Position numbers and translations under genes: made by a program
Shown: in pieces, positions 19,261-29,820 of the stretch
Layout: the number at the start of each line of letters is the position of its first letter
How positions within the stretch are numbered: position 1 is the first letter of the stretch
The notes under the pieces: generated by a model
Database searches by the model: none
What the model saw: the letters and a program-made list of their open reading frames with translations, nothing else
Told to the model about the DNA's origin: nothing
From: an uncultured Candidatus Binatia bacterium
GTDB taxonomy: Bacteria; Desulfobacterota; Binatia; UBA9968; CAXXLF01
Direction of reading: 5' to 3'
Assembly: GCA_965218425.1 (NCBI GenBank)
Contig: OZ244621.1
Span: forward strand, 2,272,001 to 2,336,000
Length of the DNA stretch: 64,000 nt

Positions 19261-19347
19261 TCCTGCTCGAAACGGACGGACACAGTTGAATACTCTCTCG
19301 CAATCCTACGTTTCCTCCCACGCCGAGGCTGCCGGGGCGAATCGCTG

Positions 19348-20847
19348 ATGATCCGTCTCTCAACGATTCCCAATCGGGCGCACCTGATCAACTGGTTTGA
19401 ATGGGGGGAAGAGGCGTTCCGCGCGGCTCGAGGCCACAATAAGCCCTTGATGCTTTTTTTGCACGCCTTTTGGTGCCGTATCTGCCAGCGAATGGACGAG
19501 GACGCCTTCTCTAACGACGAGAATATCACGTTGCTGAACGCCTACTTCGTCTCGGTCCGGGCGGAGAACGCGAAGCGGCCCGACGTGGACGTTCGCTACA
19601 ATCAAAACGGGTGGCCCACGATTGTTTTCATGACCCCGGAGGGGGAACAGCTCGCCTGCGCGAACAGCCTTGACGCGGAGGCGCTCGGAAGCCTTTTGGT
19701 TCGGGTCTATGAGGCTAATCGGAAGATTCGAAACGAAGTTCGCGGGAAAAAGGGAACACTCGCACGGGCCCCACGCGAGGCCGCGAGTCGGCCGGACCCC
19801 ATCGACCATCGGGACTCTGGCGTTTCGGAGATTACCCAGCTGATCATGGGGCTCGCCGACCGCGTTCACGGCGGCTACGGGCATGGTCGGAAATATATCC
19901 ATTCGGATGCGAACGATTTTTTGCTCTCCCGTTATGGAGCGGCAAAGAATTCCGACTATCTCGATCACGTGTGTTTAACTCTCGACCGGATGCGGGAGAG
20001 TCCGATCCACGATCGTGAAGAGGGCGGGTACTACCGCACTGCCTCCGGTGAGGACTGGAGCGGCCCCCACCGGGAAAAGCTTCTGGCGGATCAGGCGGGC
20101 ATCCTTAACAACTGCCTGGGGGTTTTCGAGATCACTAAAAACCCAACCTATGCGCGTATGGGTGAAGGCATTATCGACTACCTGAATAACAGGCTTTTGG
20201 ATTCTTGCAGCGGAACCTATTTCGGTTGCGAGGATTTTATTCGAAGCGAAGACAAGGATGCTTCTTCCCGGGCAGGGTATTTCTCCATCCTGGACGACTG
20301 TATTTACACGGACGCGAACGCCGACGCCATCGGCGCTTACCTCAGAGCCTATGCCGTGTTGGGCAAGTCGGCCTGCAAGGAGATTGCGTTAAAGGCGCTG
20401 GAATTCATCTGGGACAAATGCCGGAGTCCCCGAGGGGGAGTCTATCATTACTTCGACGGCGCGCCTCACGGGCCGGGATTGCTCGATGATCAAGCGCGCC
20501 TGGGCGCGGTGTTGGTGCATGCATGGAAAGCCACCGGCGAAACTCGGTATCTGGACCGCGCGAAGGATTTGGCCGAATTCATTCTGGCGAGACTGAGAAA
20601 CCCGGCCGGCGGCTACTACGATCTTTCGGCGCCGGGAGCCGCATACCTCCGCTACCCGCTGACTCTGATCGAACGGAACGGAGCCGCTGCGGCGTTTTTT
20701 TTCGCCCTCGCCGAGTCCAGAGGCGAGGCCAAATACCGGGACGCAGGGGTTTGGGCCATCGGCGCGTTCACGGGAGATTTCGGTCGGTACGGAATTCACG
20801 CGGCGGGGTTCGGTCGAGCGCTCGCTGAATTCGTGCGGCGTCCTTAG
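19348..20847 (+). CDS. YyaL/SSP411-like thioredoxin-domain protein (DUF255 plus alpha/alpha barrel)
   Basis: INWFEWGEEAFRAA, WCRICQRMD, RPDVDVRY..NGWPTIVFMTPEG, GGYYR....DWSGPHREKLLADQA. Confidence 0.88.
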   Translation: MIRLSTIPNRAHLINWFEWGEEAFRAARGHNKPLMLFLHAFWCRICQRMDEDAFSNDENITLLNAYFVSVRAENAKRPDVDVRYNQNGWPTIVFMTPEGEQLACANSLDAEALGSLLVRVYEANRKIRNEVRGKKGTLARAPREAASRPDPIDHRDSGVSEITQLIMGLADRVHGGYGHGRKYIHSDANDFLLSRYGAAKNSDYLDHVCLTLDRMRESPIHDREEGGYYRTASGEDWSGPHREKLLADQAGILNNCLGVFEITKNPTYARMGEGIIDYLNNRLLDSCSGTYFGCEDFIRSEDKDASSRAGYFSILDDCIYTDANADAIGAYLRAYAVLGKSACKEIALKALEFIWDKCRSPRGGVYHYFDGAPHGPGLLDDQARLGAVLVHAWKATGETRYLDRAKDLAEFILARLRNPAGGYYDLSAPGAAYLRYPLTLIERNGAAAAFFFALAESRGEAKYRDAGVWAIGAFTGDFGRYGIHAAGFGRALAEFVRRP

Positions 20848-20923
20848 TGCAAGCGGCTTGCGAAGGATACTCGCGCGGGATAAGACTTCACTCATCGACT
20901 CACCTAAGGAACGGGAGGAAAAA

Positions 20924-21328
20924 ATGGCTGAAAGCGCGCTTCGAGGGAGTTGTCTTTGTAAATCGGTTCAGTATGAGTTGTGGCCGCCGTTAACGAGGTT
21001 TAACCACTGCTATTGCTCGAGGTGCAGGAAGGCCACGGGAGCCGTGCGGGCAACGAATCTCGGGGTGCCCGTCAACCAGTTCCGTTGGACCAAAGGAGAG
21101 GAGATGATCTCGCGTTACGATCTTCCCGAGGCAAGAAGCTTTGCCACGGCCGTCTGTACCCGATGCAATTGTCCCGTGCCTCATGCCTCTCGGAACGGTG
21201 AGCAAATGGTTGTCCCCTCGGGTACGCTGGACACCGATCCGGGGTCCAAACCTACCGTTCACAGGAATTGGGGCAGTCGGGTGAGTTGGGCGGCCCTGGA
21301 CGAGTCCCACCTGCCGTGTGAAGAGTGA
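20924..21328 (+). CDS. GFA/CENP-V family Zn protein
   Basis: GSCLCKSVQY, HCYCSRCRKATG, CTRCNCP; GGAGG RBS. Confidence 0.88.
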   Translation: MAESALRGSCLCKSVQYELWPPLTRFNHCYCSRCRKATGAVRATNLGVPVNQFRWTKGEEMISRYDLPEARSFATAVCTRCNCPVPHASRNGEQMVVPSGTLDTDPGSKPTVHRNWGSRVSWAALDESHLPCEE

Positions 21329-21454
21329 AAAAAAAGTAAAAGGGTAAAAGTCCGTCCGGCGCCCTTATGTTACCTGATGAGCGGACCCCGGGCACGGCAA
21401 ATTCGTAAGATCGGAACGCCCGCCGCCGGGCTTAAGTTTGGGGTGGATTAATAT

Positions 21455-22642
21455 ATGAGTGGATTGCGCGTACTGGTCGGCACGCGAAAGGGAGCATTTA
21501 TCCTGACTTCGGACGCAGTGCGCCGGCGGTGGCAGGTCAGTGGTCCCCATTTTGCGGGCTGGGAGATCTACCATGTGAAAGGCTCTCCCGTGGAACCGAA
21601 CCGACTCTATGCATCGCAGTCCAGTGGCTGGTTCGGGCAGATCATTCAACGTTCCGATGACGGCGGCAAGACTTGGCATCAACCCGGTACACCAAAGGGG
21701 GAGCCCGCCGCCACCCCGCAAGGCATGCCCAAGAGCGAGAGCAACAGGTTCGTTTACGATTCGTCTCCCGAAACCGGCAAGCCGCTTACCACGCACCAGT
21801 CGTACGACGGCACTCCACAACCGTGGGAGTTCAAGCGAGTCTGGCACCTCGAACCTTCGCTGAGCGATCCTGACACTGTCTATGCCGGAGTGGAAGACGC
21901 GGCCTTGTTCCGCTCCACCGACGGCGGGCAGACGTGGCAAGAAGTCTCCGGTCTGCGCGGCCACGGCACGGGATCTTCATGGCAGCCGGGTGCGGGTGGG
22001 ATGTGCCTGCACACGATCCTTCTGGATCAGAGCAACCCGAACCGGATCTTCACCGCCATTTCGGCCGCGGGCGCCTTCCGCAGCGACGACGCCGGCAAAA
22101 CGTGGCAACCCATCAACAGCGGTTTGAAGTCCGAATACATTCCCGACCCAACAGCGGAGGTGGGGCATTGCGTGCACCGCCTCGCCATGCATCCTTCGCG
22201 TCCGGACGTGCTTTTCATGCAGAAGCACTGGGACGTCATGCGAAGCGATGATGCCGGCGGATCATGGCGCGAAGTGAGCGGCAATCTGCCCACTGACTTC
22301 GGGTTTGCCGTTGACGTTCACGCGCATGAGCCTGACACCGTCTACGTGGTTCCCATCAAGAGCGACTCGGGGCATTTCCCTCCCGAGGGAAAGCTCCGGG
22401 TGTACCGCAGCCGCACGGGTGGAAACGAGTGGGAGCCGCTTACCAAAGGGCTGCCGCAGCGCGATTGTTACGTCAACGTGTTGCGCGACGCCATGGCAGT
22501 GGACTCGCTGGATTTGTGCGGCGTGTACTTCGGCACCACCGGCGGGCAGGTATACGCCTCAAGCGACGCGGGTGACAGCTGGATCCCCATCGTTCGGGAT
22601 CTCCCGGCTGTGCTTTCGGTTGAAGTCCAGACTCTGCCATGA
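21455..22642 (+). CDS. BNR/Asp-box repeat beta-propeller (exo-alpha-sialidase-like)
   Basis: Repeated [24 protein letters not shown] and [19 protein letters not shown]-terminus. Confidence 0.85.
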   Translation: MSGLRVLVGTRKGAFILTSDAVRRRWQVSGPHFAGWEIYHVKGSPVEPNRLYASQSSGWFGQIIQRSDDGGKTWHQPGTPKGEPAATPQGMPKSESNRFVYDSSPETGKPLTTHQSYDGTPQPWEFKRVWHLEPSLSDPDTVYAGVEDAALFRSTDGGQTWQEVSGLRGHGTGSSWQPGAGGMCLHTILLDQSNPNRIFTAISAAGAFRSDDAGKTWQPINSGLKSEYIPDPTAEVGHCVHRLAMHPSRPDVLFMQKHWDVMRSDDAGGSWREVSGNLPTDFGFAVDVHAHEPDTVYVVPIKSDSGHFPPEGKLRVYRSRTGGNEWEPLTKGLPQRDCYVNVLRDAMAVDSLDLCGVYFGTTGGQVYASSDAGDSWIPIVRDLPAVLSVEVQTLP

Positions 22643-22935
22643 TCCGGGTGGCGCTCCCTACGCAACTCAAAAAACTCGCGCGGGTCGAGGGTGAGGTAAG
22701 GCTCCAAATCGAGGGTCCGGTCACGCAGGGCTCGGTTCTCGATGCCCTCGAAGCCCGGTATCCGATGCTCCGCGGGACCGTCCGCGATCAGGTCACGCAA
22801 AAGCGGAGAGCGTTCGTGAGATTTTTCGCCTGCGGAGAGGACCTGTCCCATGAAACGCCGGACACCGCGCTGCCTGAAAAGGTCGCCACGGGCGCGGAAC
22901 CGTTTCTGATCGTTGGCGCCATCGCCGGGGGCTAG
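22639..22935 (+). CDS. MoaD/ThiS ubiquitin-like protein
   Basis: Ends [19 protein letters not shown] overlap with the BNR gene. Confidence 0.88.
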   Translation: MIRVALPTQLKKLARVEGEVRLQIEGPVTQGSVLDALEARYPMLRGTVRDQVTQKRRAFVRFFACGEDLSHETPDTALPEKVATGAEPFLIVGAIAGG

Positions 22936-23410
22936 AGCCGGCAAGGCATCGTGCAAGTTGCTATTATGTCCCCGGAACTCGAAAGTAAATATGTCGAAGT
23001 CCGTCCCCGAATACAGGCGATGTTTGCGGCGAGAAAATAAATCCGTCCCCATTGATGATTACTGATTAACTTCGCGGCCGTCTTCGAGTCTCAATCGGAG
23101 GCACTCATCACCGACGTTAAAGAAGCGGCTTTTGCACGTCCAGTCCTCACCTCGATAGTTCAGCTTTGCTTGTTTTCCCGGCAATCATGTTGTGAAAAGC
23201 AAAACGTAGAGGCGCGGCACGTATTCACTTATGCGGTGGACGAATCACAGGCCGCGGGAGATCGTCAAGATTGAAAGGCCTGACCCCGTGACCGTGACTG
23301 ACCCCGGCCACACTCTCCACATCGCCCGTTGCCTTGACAGGCAATAGGACGAGTGATATTGCCAAAGCACGGATACTCTGGTGCGATGAGGCAGTGACAA
23401 AGGAGGCGAG

Positions 23411-24895
23411 ATGGCTTTAGGGACGGCTGAGATTGTGAAAGACGGCACCGATAAACCTTCGCAGGCCCCCCTGCTTCTGACCCGCGACCTGCATGGTTTT
23501 GTCCGGGAGTACGAGCGGGCCTATCCCGACGAGGTGGTGCACATCGAGAAACCGGTCGACGGCAAATGGGAGATCACCGCTCTGACCATGAAGCTGGAGC
23601 AGGCGAAGCGGTTCCCTTTGCTGGTCTTCCATAACGTCCTCATTAACGGCAAGCGGGCGGAGATGCCGCTGATGACCTTCATGATGGCAAGCCGCCTCAG
23701 GCTCGCTCGCGCCATGGGGGTTACGGTGCAGGAGGCCGGGATAGACTGTTTCGAGCGGGTGCAGCGGCGCGTGAAGCCCGTGGTGGTCTCCCGGTCGAGA
23801 GCCCCGGTCAAACAAGTGATCGAGAAAGGGGCGGAGATAGACGTTCGGCGCTTTCCCGCGCCTCACCATCACAAGATGGATCCCGGAAGGTACATCACCG
23901 AGGGACTGTTTCTGACCTTCAACCGCACGAGCGGCCTCGACAATTCCGCGTATCATCGCGGCTGGCTCTCGGGACGCGACGAGATTCGCGTCCACCTGGG
24001 TCCCCATTCACACAACAGACGCAATCTCCGGGAGTACGAAGGGGCCGGCGAGGACATGCCCGCCGCCTATTGGATCGGCCATCACCCGCTGGTCCTCCTG
24101 GGCGCGGAAAACCATATCGGACCCGATGAGAGCCATTACGAGACCGCCGGGGGGACCCTGGGCAGTCCCATGAGGCTCGCACCGTCGGAAACTCTGGGAG
24201 AGAACTTTCTCGTGCCTGCGGACGCCGAAGTGGTCATCGAAGGCTACGTGCCCCGCAACCTGCGGGGGCCCGAGGGACCCTTCGGGGAATTCACGCGCTA
24301 CGTGGGGCCCCAGAACTGGGGGCCGATGTTCAAGGTCACTGCGGTCACCCGCCGCCGGGACGCCTACTGGGACGACGTCATGGTCGGGCACACCCACTGG
24401 CTGAGCAGCCTGACCAAGGAAGGCGACGTGCTCCGGGCCGTGCGTAAGCTCGTCCCGGGCGCCAAAGCCGCCCATGCCCCTATGTCCGGGTGCGGCGTGA
24501 TGCACATGTACCTCCAGATCAAAAAGACCCTGGAAGACCACGGCAGGTCGGCCGCCATCGCGGCGTTCGGCTCGAGCCCCGGGATCAAGCATGTGTTCGT
24601 CTTCGACGAGGACGTGGATATCTTCCAGGAGAAGGAGGTCCTCCTGGCGCTCGCCACCCGATTCCAGGCGGACCGCGGCCTCATCGTCTTGAACGACATG
24701 ATCGGCACCGCCCTGGACCCCAGCTCCCCTGGAAAGACCCGAACAACCAAGATCGCCTTCGACTGCACCAAGCCGTTGGGCAAGCCCTTCGCCGAGCGAC
24801 TATCGATCCCGGAGGAGATCCTCGAAAAGATGGACCCGCTGGAGCTGGTGGGAGGGGATCGTTTCGAAAAGATCCCCATGGAGCCCTGGGGTTAA
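23411..24895 (+). CDS. UbiD family prFMN-dependent (de)carboxylase
   Basis: VPADAEVVIEG, EGPFGEFTRY, VFDEDVDIF, LATRFQADR, LDPS. Confidence 0.9.
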   Translation: MALGTAEIVKDGTDKPSQAPLLLTRDLHGFVREYERAYPDEVVHIEKPVDGKWEITALTMKLEQAKRFPLLVFHNVLINGKRAEMPLMTFMMASRLRLARAMGVTVQEAGIDCFERVQRRVKPVVVSRSRAPVKQVIEKGAEIDVRRFPAPHHHKMDPGRYITEGLFLTFNRTSGLDNSAYHRGWLSGRDEIRVHLGPHSHNRRNLREYEGAGEDMPAAYWIGHHPLVLLGAENHIGPDESHYETAGGTLGSPMRLAPSETLGENFLVPADAEVVIEGYVPRNLRGPEGPFGEFTRYVGPQNWGPMFKVTAVTRRRDAYWDDVMVGHTHWLSSLTKEGDVLRAVRKLVPGAKAAHAPMSGCGVMHMYLQIKKTLEDHGRSAAIAAFGSSPGIKHVFVFDEDVDIFQEKEVLLALATRFQADRGLIVLNDMIGTALDPSSPGKTRTTKIAFDCTKPLGKPFAERLSIPEEILEKMDPLELVGGDRFEKIPMEPWG

Positions 24896-25004
24896 AAGAG
24901 ATTAGCTGAGGGAGATCCCAAACCGAAGGCGACCTCGCTTACGTTGATTCCCTCCGGGCTATTTGCAAACGGCAATAAGGCAAGCCTGCCCCCTCCAAGT
25001 CGTT

Positions 25005-28001
25005 TCAGGCCTCGGGCCGTTCGTACGTCAGACCGAACACCGTGTCCGTCATCCAACGCCGAAAAGACTCGTTGTCCATGAACTGCTTGAAAAGCTCGGT
25101 GTCGTCCTTGAGCACGGCCGTCATCACGCGCGCCAATGCCTTATCGTGCTCGATACGGGCGTTCTGCTTGTCGGAGTTCCGCTTCGCGTTCCGGTAGGCC
25201 GTGTCCGCCGCGACGCGATTCGGGATGTCCTCGGTGATCAGCCTGTGCACCCGGTCCGAGTCGGTCCACCGGATATTCCCGAACATCTCGTTGAAGGTCT
25301 TGAGGATGTTCGAGAGGCGGTCGAGTTCGGGTTCAGGTTTACGGCCGCCGCCGCCGGCCGGCACCGGCCCGATCTCGGCTTCCTCGTCCGGCAGTCGGAC
25401 CTGCATCGCCGCCTTCTTCTCGACCCGGTAGCTGTCCATGTCGATGGACTCAAGGATGCCTCTGGACAGATCCTCTTCCACGGGCGCGGGGAGCTTCGGC
25501 ACGAGGAAGTTCAGGAAGATGGAGAGCCTCTCCCACTCGGCGTTCGTGTAGGGCAGGATAGCGGCGAGGAAGTCGTACGCGCGCCCGAACGCCTTGGCCT
25601 TGCCCTTGAAGTCCACCTGCCCGTCCTCGTCGAGCTGCTCCCTGTAATGCGCAACGCAGGCGTCGAGGATGGGGTCGAGCCGGTCGCGGTCGGCCCCACC
25701 GAGGTAGAGCGTCACGAGCCGGTCGATCTCCGCGTCGGCATAGACCTGGTAGCCGTCGAGGGCGGCCTTGAGGTCGTGCAGCTTGTTGGGATCGGTCTCC
25801 TCGCTCAGGATCGTCGTCCGGTAGTAGTCGGCGAACGCCGCTTGGATGGTGTTGGCATCGTTCATGAAGTCGAGGACGAACACGTCGTGTTTCTGCGGGT
25901 GCGCCCGGTTGAGACGCGACAGCGTCTGGACCGCCTTGATCCCGGACAGGACCTTGTCCACGTACATCGTGTGCAACAGCGGCTCGTCGTACCCGGTCTG
26001 GAACTTGTCGGCGCAAATGAGGAACCGATACGGGTCCTGCCGGATCTCGTCGGCGATCCGCCCGGGCGGGAAGCCGTTGAGGGACGCCTCACTGACCTTA
26101 CCCCCGCCATACTCGTGCTCGCCCGAGAAGGCCACGATGGCCTGATACGGGCTCCTGCGCTCCAGGAGGTACTGCCGGATCGCGTGGTAATACTGGACCG
26201 CGCGCTCGATGCCGCCCGTCACCACCATCGCGCGGGCCTTGCCGCCGATCTTGTGGAGCGCCAGCACCTGTTCGTGGAAGTGGTCCACCATGATCTCGGC
26301 CTTGAGCCGGACGGCATGGTCGTGGCTCTCGACGTAGCGGCGCAGCTTCTTGCGGGCGCGCTTGGTGTCGAACTCGGGATCACCCTCGATCTTCTTGACG
26401 AGCTTGTAGTAGCTCTCGACCGGCGTGTAGCGCCCGAGCACGTCCAGGATGAAGCCCTCCTGGATCGCCTGCTTCATGGTGTAGCCGTGGAACGGTCGGC
26501 GCCTGGTCTTCCCGCCCGCGTCGTACGCTTCGCCGAAGGTCTCCAGCGTCTTGTTCTTGGGCGTGGCGGTGAAGGCGAAGTAGCTCGCGTTCGTGAGGAG
26601 CTTCCGCGCGTCCATGATGCGGTTGATCATGTCCTCGGCGGTCTCGTCCTCCTCCTCGGCGCCCGCCTCGGAGAGCGCCATGTTGAGCGCTGCCGAGGTC
26701 CTGCCGCCCTGGCTGGAATGCGCCTCGTCGATGATGATGGCGAAGCGCCGGCCCCGCTGCTCGTTCCCGATCTCTTCGAGGATGAACGGGAACTTCTGCA
26801 CCGTCGAGATGATGATCTTCTTGCCGCTCTCGATAAACGCGCGGAGGTCGCCCGAGCGTTCGGCGTGACCGACGGTGGCCCCGACCTGGGCGAACTGCTT
26901 GACCGTGTCGCGGATCTGCTTGTCGAGGATGCGCCGGTCGGTTACCACGATGATGGAGTCGAACGCCTCCGCGCCGTCTTTCCTGAGCCCGATCAACTGG
27001 TGGGCGAGCCAGGCGATGGAGTTGGACTTCCCGCTGCCGGCCGAGTGCTCGATGAGATACCGTTTCCCTGCGTCGTGCCGGCCGACGTCCGCCAAGAGGT
27101 TCCGCACCACGTCGAGCTGGTGGTAGCGCGGCCAGATCTGCACCGCACTCCTCTTGCCCGTCTTCTCATCCTTGGCCTCGACGACCTGCGCATAGTTCTC
27201 CAGGATGTCGGTCAGCCCGTTGCGGGTAAGCAGGCGCTTCCAGAGGTAGTCGGTCTTGAGGCCGTTCGGGTTGGGCGGATTGCCCGCGCCGTCGTTCCAG
27301 CCCAGGTTGAAGGGCAGGAACCACGAACCCTTGCCCTTGAGGTGCGTGCAGAACCGCACCTCGTGGTCGTCCACCGCGAAGTGCGCCACGCAGCGGCCAA
27401 ACTCGAAGAGCTTCTCGCGCGGGTCGCGGTCGCGTTTGTATTGCTGGACGGCGTCCTCGACAGTCTGCTTGGTGAGGCTGTTCTTCAGCTCGAAGGTGGC
27501 TACCGGCAGGCCGTTGATGAACAGGCCCAGGTCGAGAGCGAGCTGCGTCTCGTCGCGGCTGTAGCGGAGCTGGCGCGTGACCGAGAAGCGGTTCTGGGCG
27601 TAGCGTTCAGCGGCGAGGGGGTTGCCGGGAGACGGCGCGCCGTAGAAGAGTTCGGCGTGATGCGGCCCGTCCTTGACCCCCTTGCGGAGCACGTCGATGA
27701 CGCCGCGCTTGCCGACCTCGCCTTGAAGACGCGCCAGGAACTTGCGCCGCGTCGGGCCGTCCTCTTCCAGGGCGAGCACCTCGGACGCCTTCGGTTGCGT
27801 CTCCCGCAGGAACTCCGAGAGCTGGACCAGGTCCACGCAATACTCCCGGTCGTAGTCGTTCGGGTTGCCGCAGATCCAGCCGGCGCCATAGGCGGCCGGA
27901 CGCTCGCGCACCACGCCCGCTTGCGCCGGATCGCAGGGGGCTCCCGTCAGAGCCGCGCAGATGAGGCTTTCAAGTCCCTTCTCGCCGGTGTCGGTGGTCA
28001 C
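25005..28001 (-). CDS. hsdR: Type I restriction endonuclease subunit R
   Basis: FINGLPVATFELKN nuclease motif, HSAGSGKS Walker A, IIDEAHSS, FTATPK, KFQTGYDEP, QTLSRLNR; intact 998 aa. Confidence 0.95.
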   Translation of the reverse strand: MTTDTGEKGLESLICAALTGAPCDPAQAGVVRERPAAYGAGWICGNPNDYDREYCVDLVQLSEFLRETQPKASEVLALEEDGPTRRKFLARLQGEVGKRGVIDVLRKGVKDGPHHAELFYGAPSPGNPLAAERYAQNRFSVTRQLRYSRDETQLALDLGLFINGLPVATFELKNSLTKQTVEDAVQQYKRDRDPREKLFEFGRCVAHFAVDDHEVRFCTHLKGKGSWFLPFNLGWNDGAGNPPNPNGLKTDYLWKRLLTRNGLTDILENYAQVVEAKDEKTGKRSAVQIWPRYHQLDVVRNLLADVGRHDAGKRYLIEHSAGSGKSNSIAWLAHQLIGLRKDGAEAFDSIIVVTDRRILDKQIRDTVKQFAQVGATVGHAERSGDLRAFIESGKKIIISTVQKFPFILEEIGNEQRGRRFAIIIDEAHSSQGGRTSAALNMALSEAGAEEEDETAEDMINRIMDARKLLTNASYFAFTATPKNKTLETFGEAYDAGGKTRRRPFHGYTMKQAIQEGFILDVLGRYTPVESYYKLVKKIEGDPEFDTKRARKKLRRYVESHDHAVRLKAEIMVDHFHEQVLALHKIGGKARAMVVTGGIERAVQYYHAIRQYLLERRSPYQAIVAFSGEHEYGGGKVSEASLNGFPPGRIADEIRQDPYRFLICADKFQTGYDEPLLHTMYVDKVLSGIKAVQTLSRLNRAHPQKHDVFVLDFMNDANTIQAAFADYYRTTILSEETDPNKLHDLKAALDGYQVYADAEIDRLVTLYLGGADRDRLDPILDACVAHYREQLDEDGQVDFKGKAKAFGRAYDFLAAILPYTNAEWERLSIFLNFLVPKLPAPVEEDLSRGILESIDMDSYRVEKKAAMQVRLPDEEAEIGPVPAGGGGRKPEPELDRLSNILKTFNEMFGNIRWTDSDRVHRLITEDIPNRVAADTAYRNAKRNSDKQNARIEHDKALARVMTAVLKDDTELFKQFMDNESFRRWMTDTVFGLTYERPEA

Positions 28002-28019
28002 GCTATCCCTCTTCCATCT

Positions 28020-28337
28020 TCAGATCGGGACCTCTCTCAGTTCACCGGGGCGTATTTCGTCAAGGACAGTGCGATTCTCTTCTATCCGCGGCTGGATATA
28101 GGGCCATGCCGTGGACAGCAGGACGACAATCGCCAGTCGCCTATCTGTGAGATTCCGCTGGTATCGCATATTCTGGTCAGTGGTGATGAGGACTTCGTAG
28201 CCTTCCTGCTCGGCCTCCTCAACCAAGTCTCCATTTCCGAGTCCTGACTATCCTTGCTCCGCTGCCGTATCCACCGAGTGTCCGTGCAGATGCCCTCGAA
28301 GCGGCTTAGGCGTTCCCTGGTCGAATAGAATCTTCAC
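28020..28337 (-). pseudogene. DUF5615/VapC45-like PIN toxin with nonsense codon
   Basis: MKILFDQGTPKPLR...AAEQG-TAG(28248-28250)-SGLGNGDL...LITTDQN; the TAG sits at the usual Trp of GW..L.NG. Confidence 0.8.
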
Positions 28338-28561
28338 GGTTCTACGGAAACTTTGAGGGACTTTGCCGCGTGTTCGAGAACGGCTCTGACCTTCCATTCC
28401 TCCACGCCCTCGAACCAATCCAGGAACTGTTCTATCGTGGCGCCGCTCTCAAGGTTCTCGAAGAGGGCAGATACGGGCACTCTGGTTCCGGTGAACACCC
28501 AGGCTCCACTAAGCCTGCCGGGTACGCTTTCGACTGCCGGGCACTTTCCCCAGTCCGTCAT
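28334..28561 (-). CDS. DUF433 family antitoxin
   Basis: PGRLSGAWVFTGTRVPVSALFENLESGATIEQFL. Confidence 0.88.
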   Translation of the reverse strand: MTDWGKCPAVESVPGRLSGAWVFTGTRVPVSALFENLESGATIEQFLDWFEGVEEWKVRAVLEHAAKSLKVSVEP

Positions 28562-29364
28562 ACCGTCACCTCGGCAGGAGGGTGTAGGTTTCTATCTACA
28601 CGGTCTGTCAATGGGCCGTCTTCCTCTGACGAGTCCTGCTCGTCCGCCTCATCGGGCAACCGTGCCGCCGCTTCGCGAACGTCGAGCTTGCCGGTGACCA
28701 CGTCGGCGATGAGGCGGGTGCGGTACTCGCGGAGGAGGTTGATTTGGTGCTGGGCGCGGTCAATAGCAACGTCGATAATGGCGGCAGCTTTGTCGAGATA
28801 CGTAACGATGGCGGCTTGTTCGGGGAGGGGGGGTAAAGCAAGGATGAGAGCTTTGACCATGCCCGAGTTAAGCCCGCGCATGATCGAACCCTTCCCCGCA
28901 ACCGCGATCTGCTTCTTCACATAGGTGGACTCGTCAATAAGCCGCGAGGCGAATCTGACATTGATGCTAACGTCAGTTCGCAATCGAAGGAGATGCGAAT
29001 CCATGATACCCATGGGGGCATCGTCAGGAACATAGGTACACCTTCCGGTTGTTCCCATCATCGTCACCAACAGATCATTTGGGAGCACTTTGCAAGCGGA
29101 TAGTTCGTTGAATTTCTCTTGGTCGACGAATTTCGTGCCGCGATCAAAGTCCCTGGCAATGACGTTGGCCTGGCCGTACACTTTGTAACCCGATGGTGAC
29201 ATCTGTTCGAGCTTCAGTTGGCTGCCGAAAGGGCCGATCTTAATCCCGTCATAAGTGCGGAGCTTTCGGCGAAGTGCGTCAACCTCCCAATGCACTGGAA
29301 CCTCGCCCAGCCATGGCACGCCAGAGTCCTTCATCGCGGGGTAGGGCTTGAGATCGGCGATCAT
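28558..29364 (-). CDS. hsdS: Half-size Type I specificity subunit (single TRD)
   Basis: KPYPAMKDSGVPWLGEVPVHWE, one TRD (GPFGSQL), PPLPEQAAI, LLREYRTRLIADVVTGKLDVR. Confidence 0.85.
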   Translation of the reverse strand: MIADLKPYPAMKDSGVPWLGEVPVHWEVDALRRKLRTYDGIKIGPFGSQLKLEQMSPSGYKVYGQANVIARDFDRGTKFVDQEKFNELSACKVLPNDLLVTMMGTTGRCTYVPDDAPMGIMDSHLLRLRTDVSINVRFASRLIDESTYVKKQIAVAGKGSIMRGLNSGMVKALILALPPLPEQAAIVTYLDKAAAIIDVAIDRAQHQINLLREYRTRLIADVVTGKLDVREAAARLPDEADEQDSSEEDGPLTDRVDRNLHPPAEVTV

Positions 29365-29516
29365 GCTTCAGCCTCTCTGTTACCCATTTGCTTTTCGAAG
29401 GCTTGGCGCACGAGGCCCATCACGTAAGGCGGTTCGTCCGGCGTGCTCAAGACTACCTCCACGTCGCCGTTTCCACTGTGACCGATTCCCGTCATATCCC
29501 GAGCCTGACCCCTGGG
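29361..29516 (-). pseudogene. C-terminal remnant of a DUF5655-type domain (as found on DUF262/GmrSD-like proteins)
   Basis: PRGQARDMTGIGHSGNGDVEVVLSTPDEPPYVMGLVRQAFEKQ; its stop overlaps the half-hsdS ATG. Confidence 0.6.
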
Positions 29517-29689
29517 ACTGGTTGCATTTCATTGCGCCTGCATCGCGCTGCGTAGGCATTGAAGTTCTCCGGAAAAGCGCGTTTGAACTGAAGCGCAATT
29601 CCGCGCCCCATGACCCCGACGCAGTTGACGGTATTGACCAGAGCTTCGGCTTCTTCGGCGAGGATGTCGCCGGTCTTGTATTCGATCAT
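29517..29689 (-). pseudogene. darG: DarG macrodomain antitoxin, 5' fragment
   Basis: MIEYKTGDILAEEAEALVNTVNCVGVMGRGIALQFKRAFPENFNAY; truncated after about 57 aa. Confidence 0.8.
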
Positions 29690-29707
29690 GGCCTTTCCCC
29701 TTCCTCG

Positions 29708-29820
29708 TCAGTAATACCACTCTTTCTTGATTTCAACAGGAGATCGTTCTCGGGAATGATAGAAGGCAGACGGTCTACATGGACGATGTGGTAGATCTTG
29801 GGATCGGCGGGTACCGGCAT
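29708..29820 (-). pseudogene. darT: DarT (DUF4433) toxin with large internal deletion
   Basis: N-terminus MPVPADPKIYHIVHVDRLPSII is joined out of frame to the C-terminus PVEIKKEWYY*, directly upstream of darG. Confidence 0.75.

Noticed and set aside
24963..28247. 1094-aa plus-strand ORF (also 36490-38271 and 54127-56055)
   Set aside because: Antisense shadows of GC-rich genes (hsdR, hsdM, ABC SBP) with no recognisable motifs.
28248..28250. In-frame TAG (also 44718) as pyrrolysine or genetic-code reassignment
   Set aside because: Both are at Trp positions in toxin genes, and TAG, TGA and TAA all act as normal stops elsewhere in the window.
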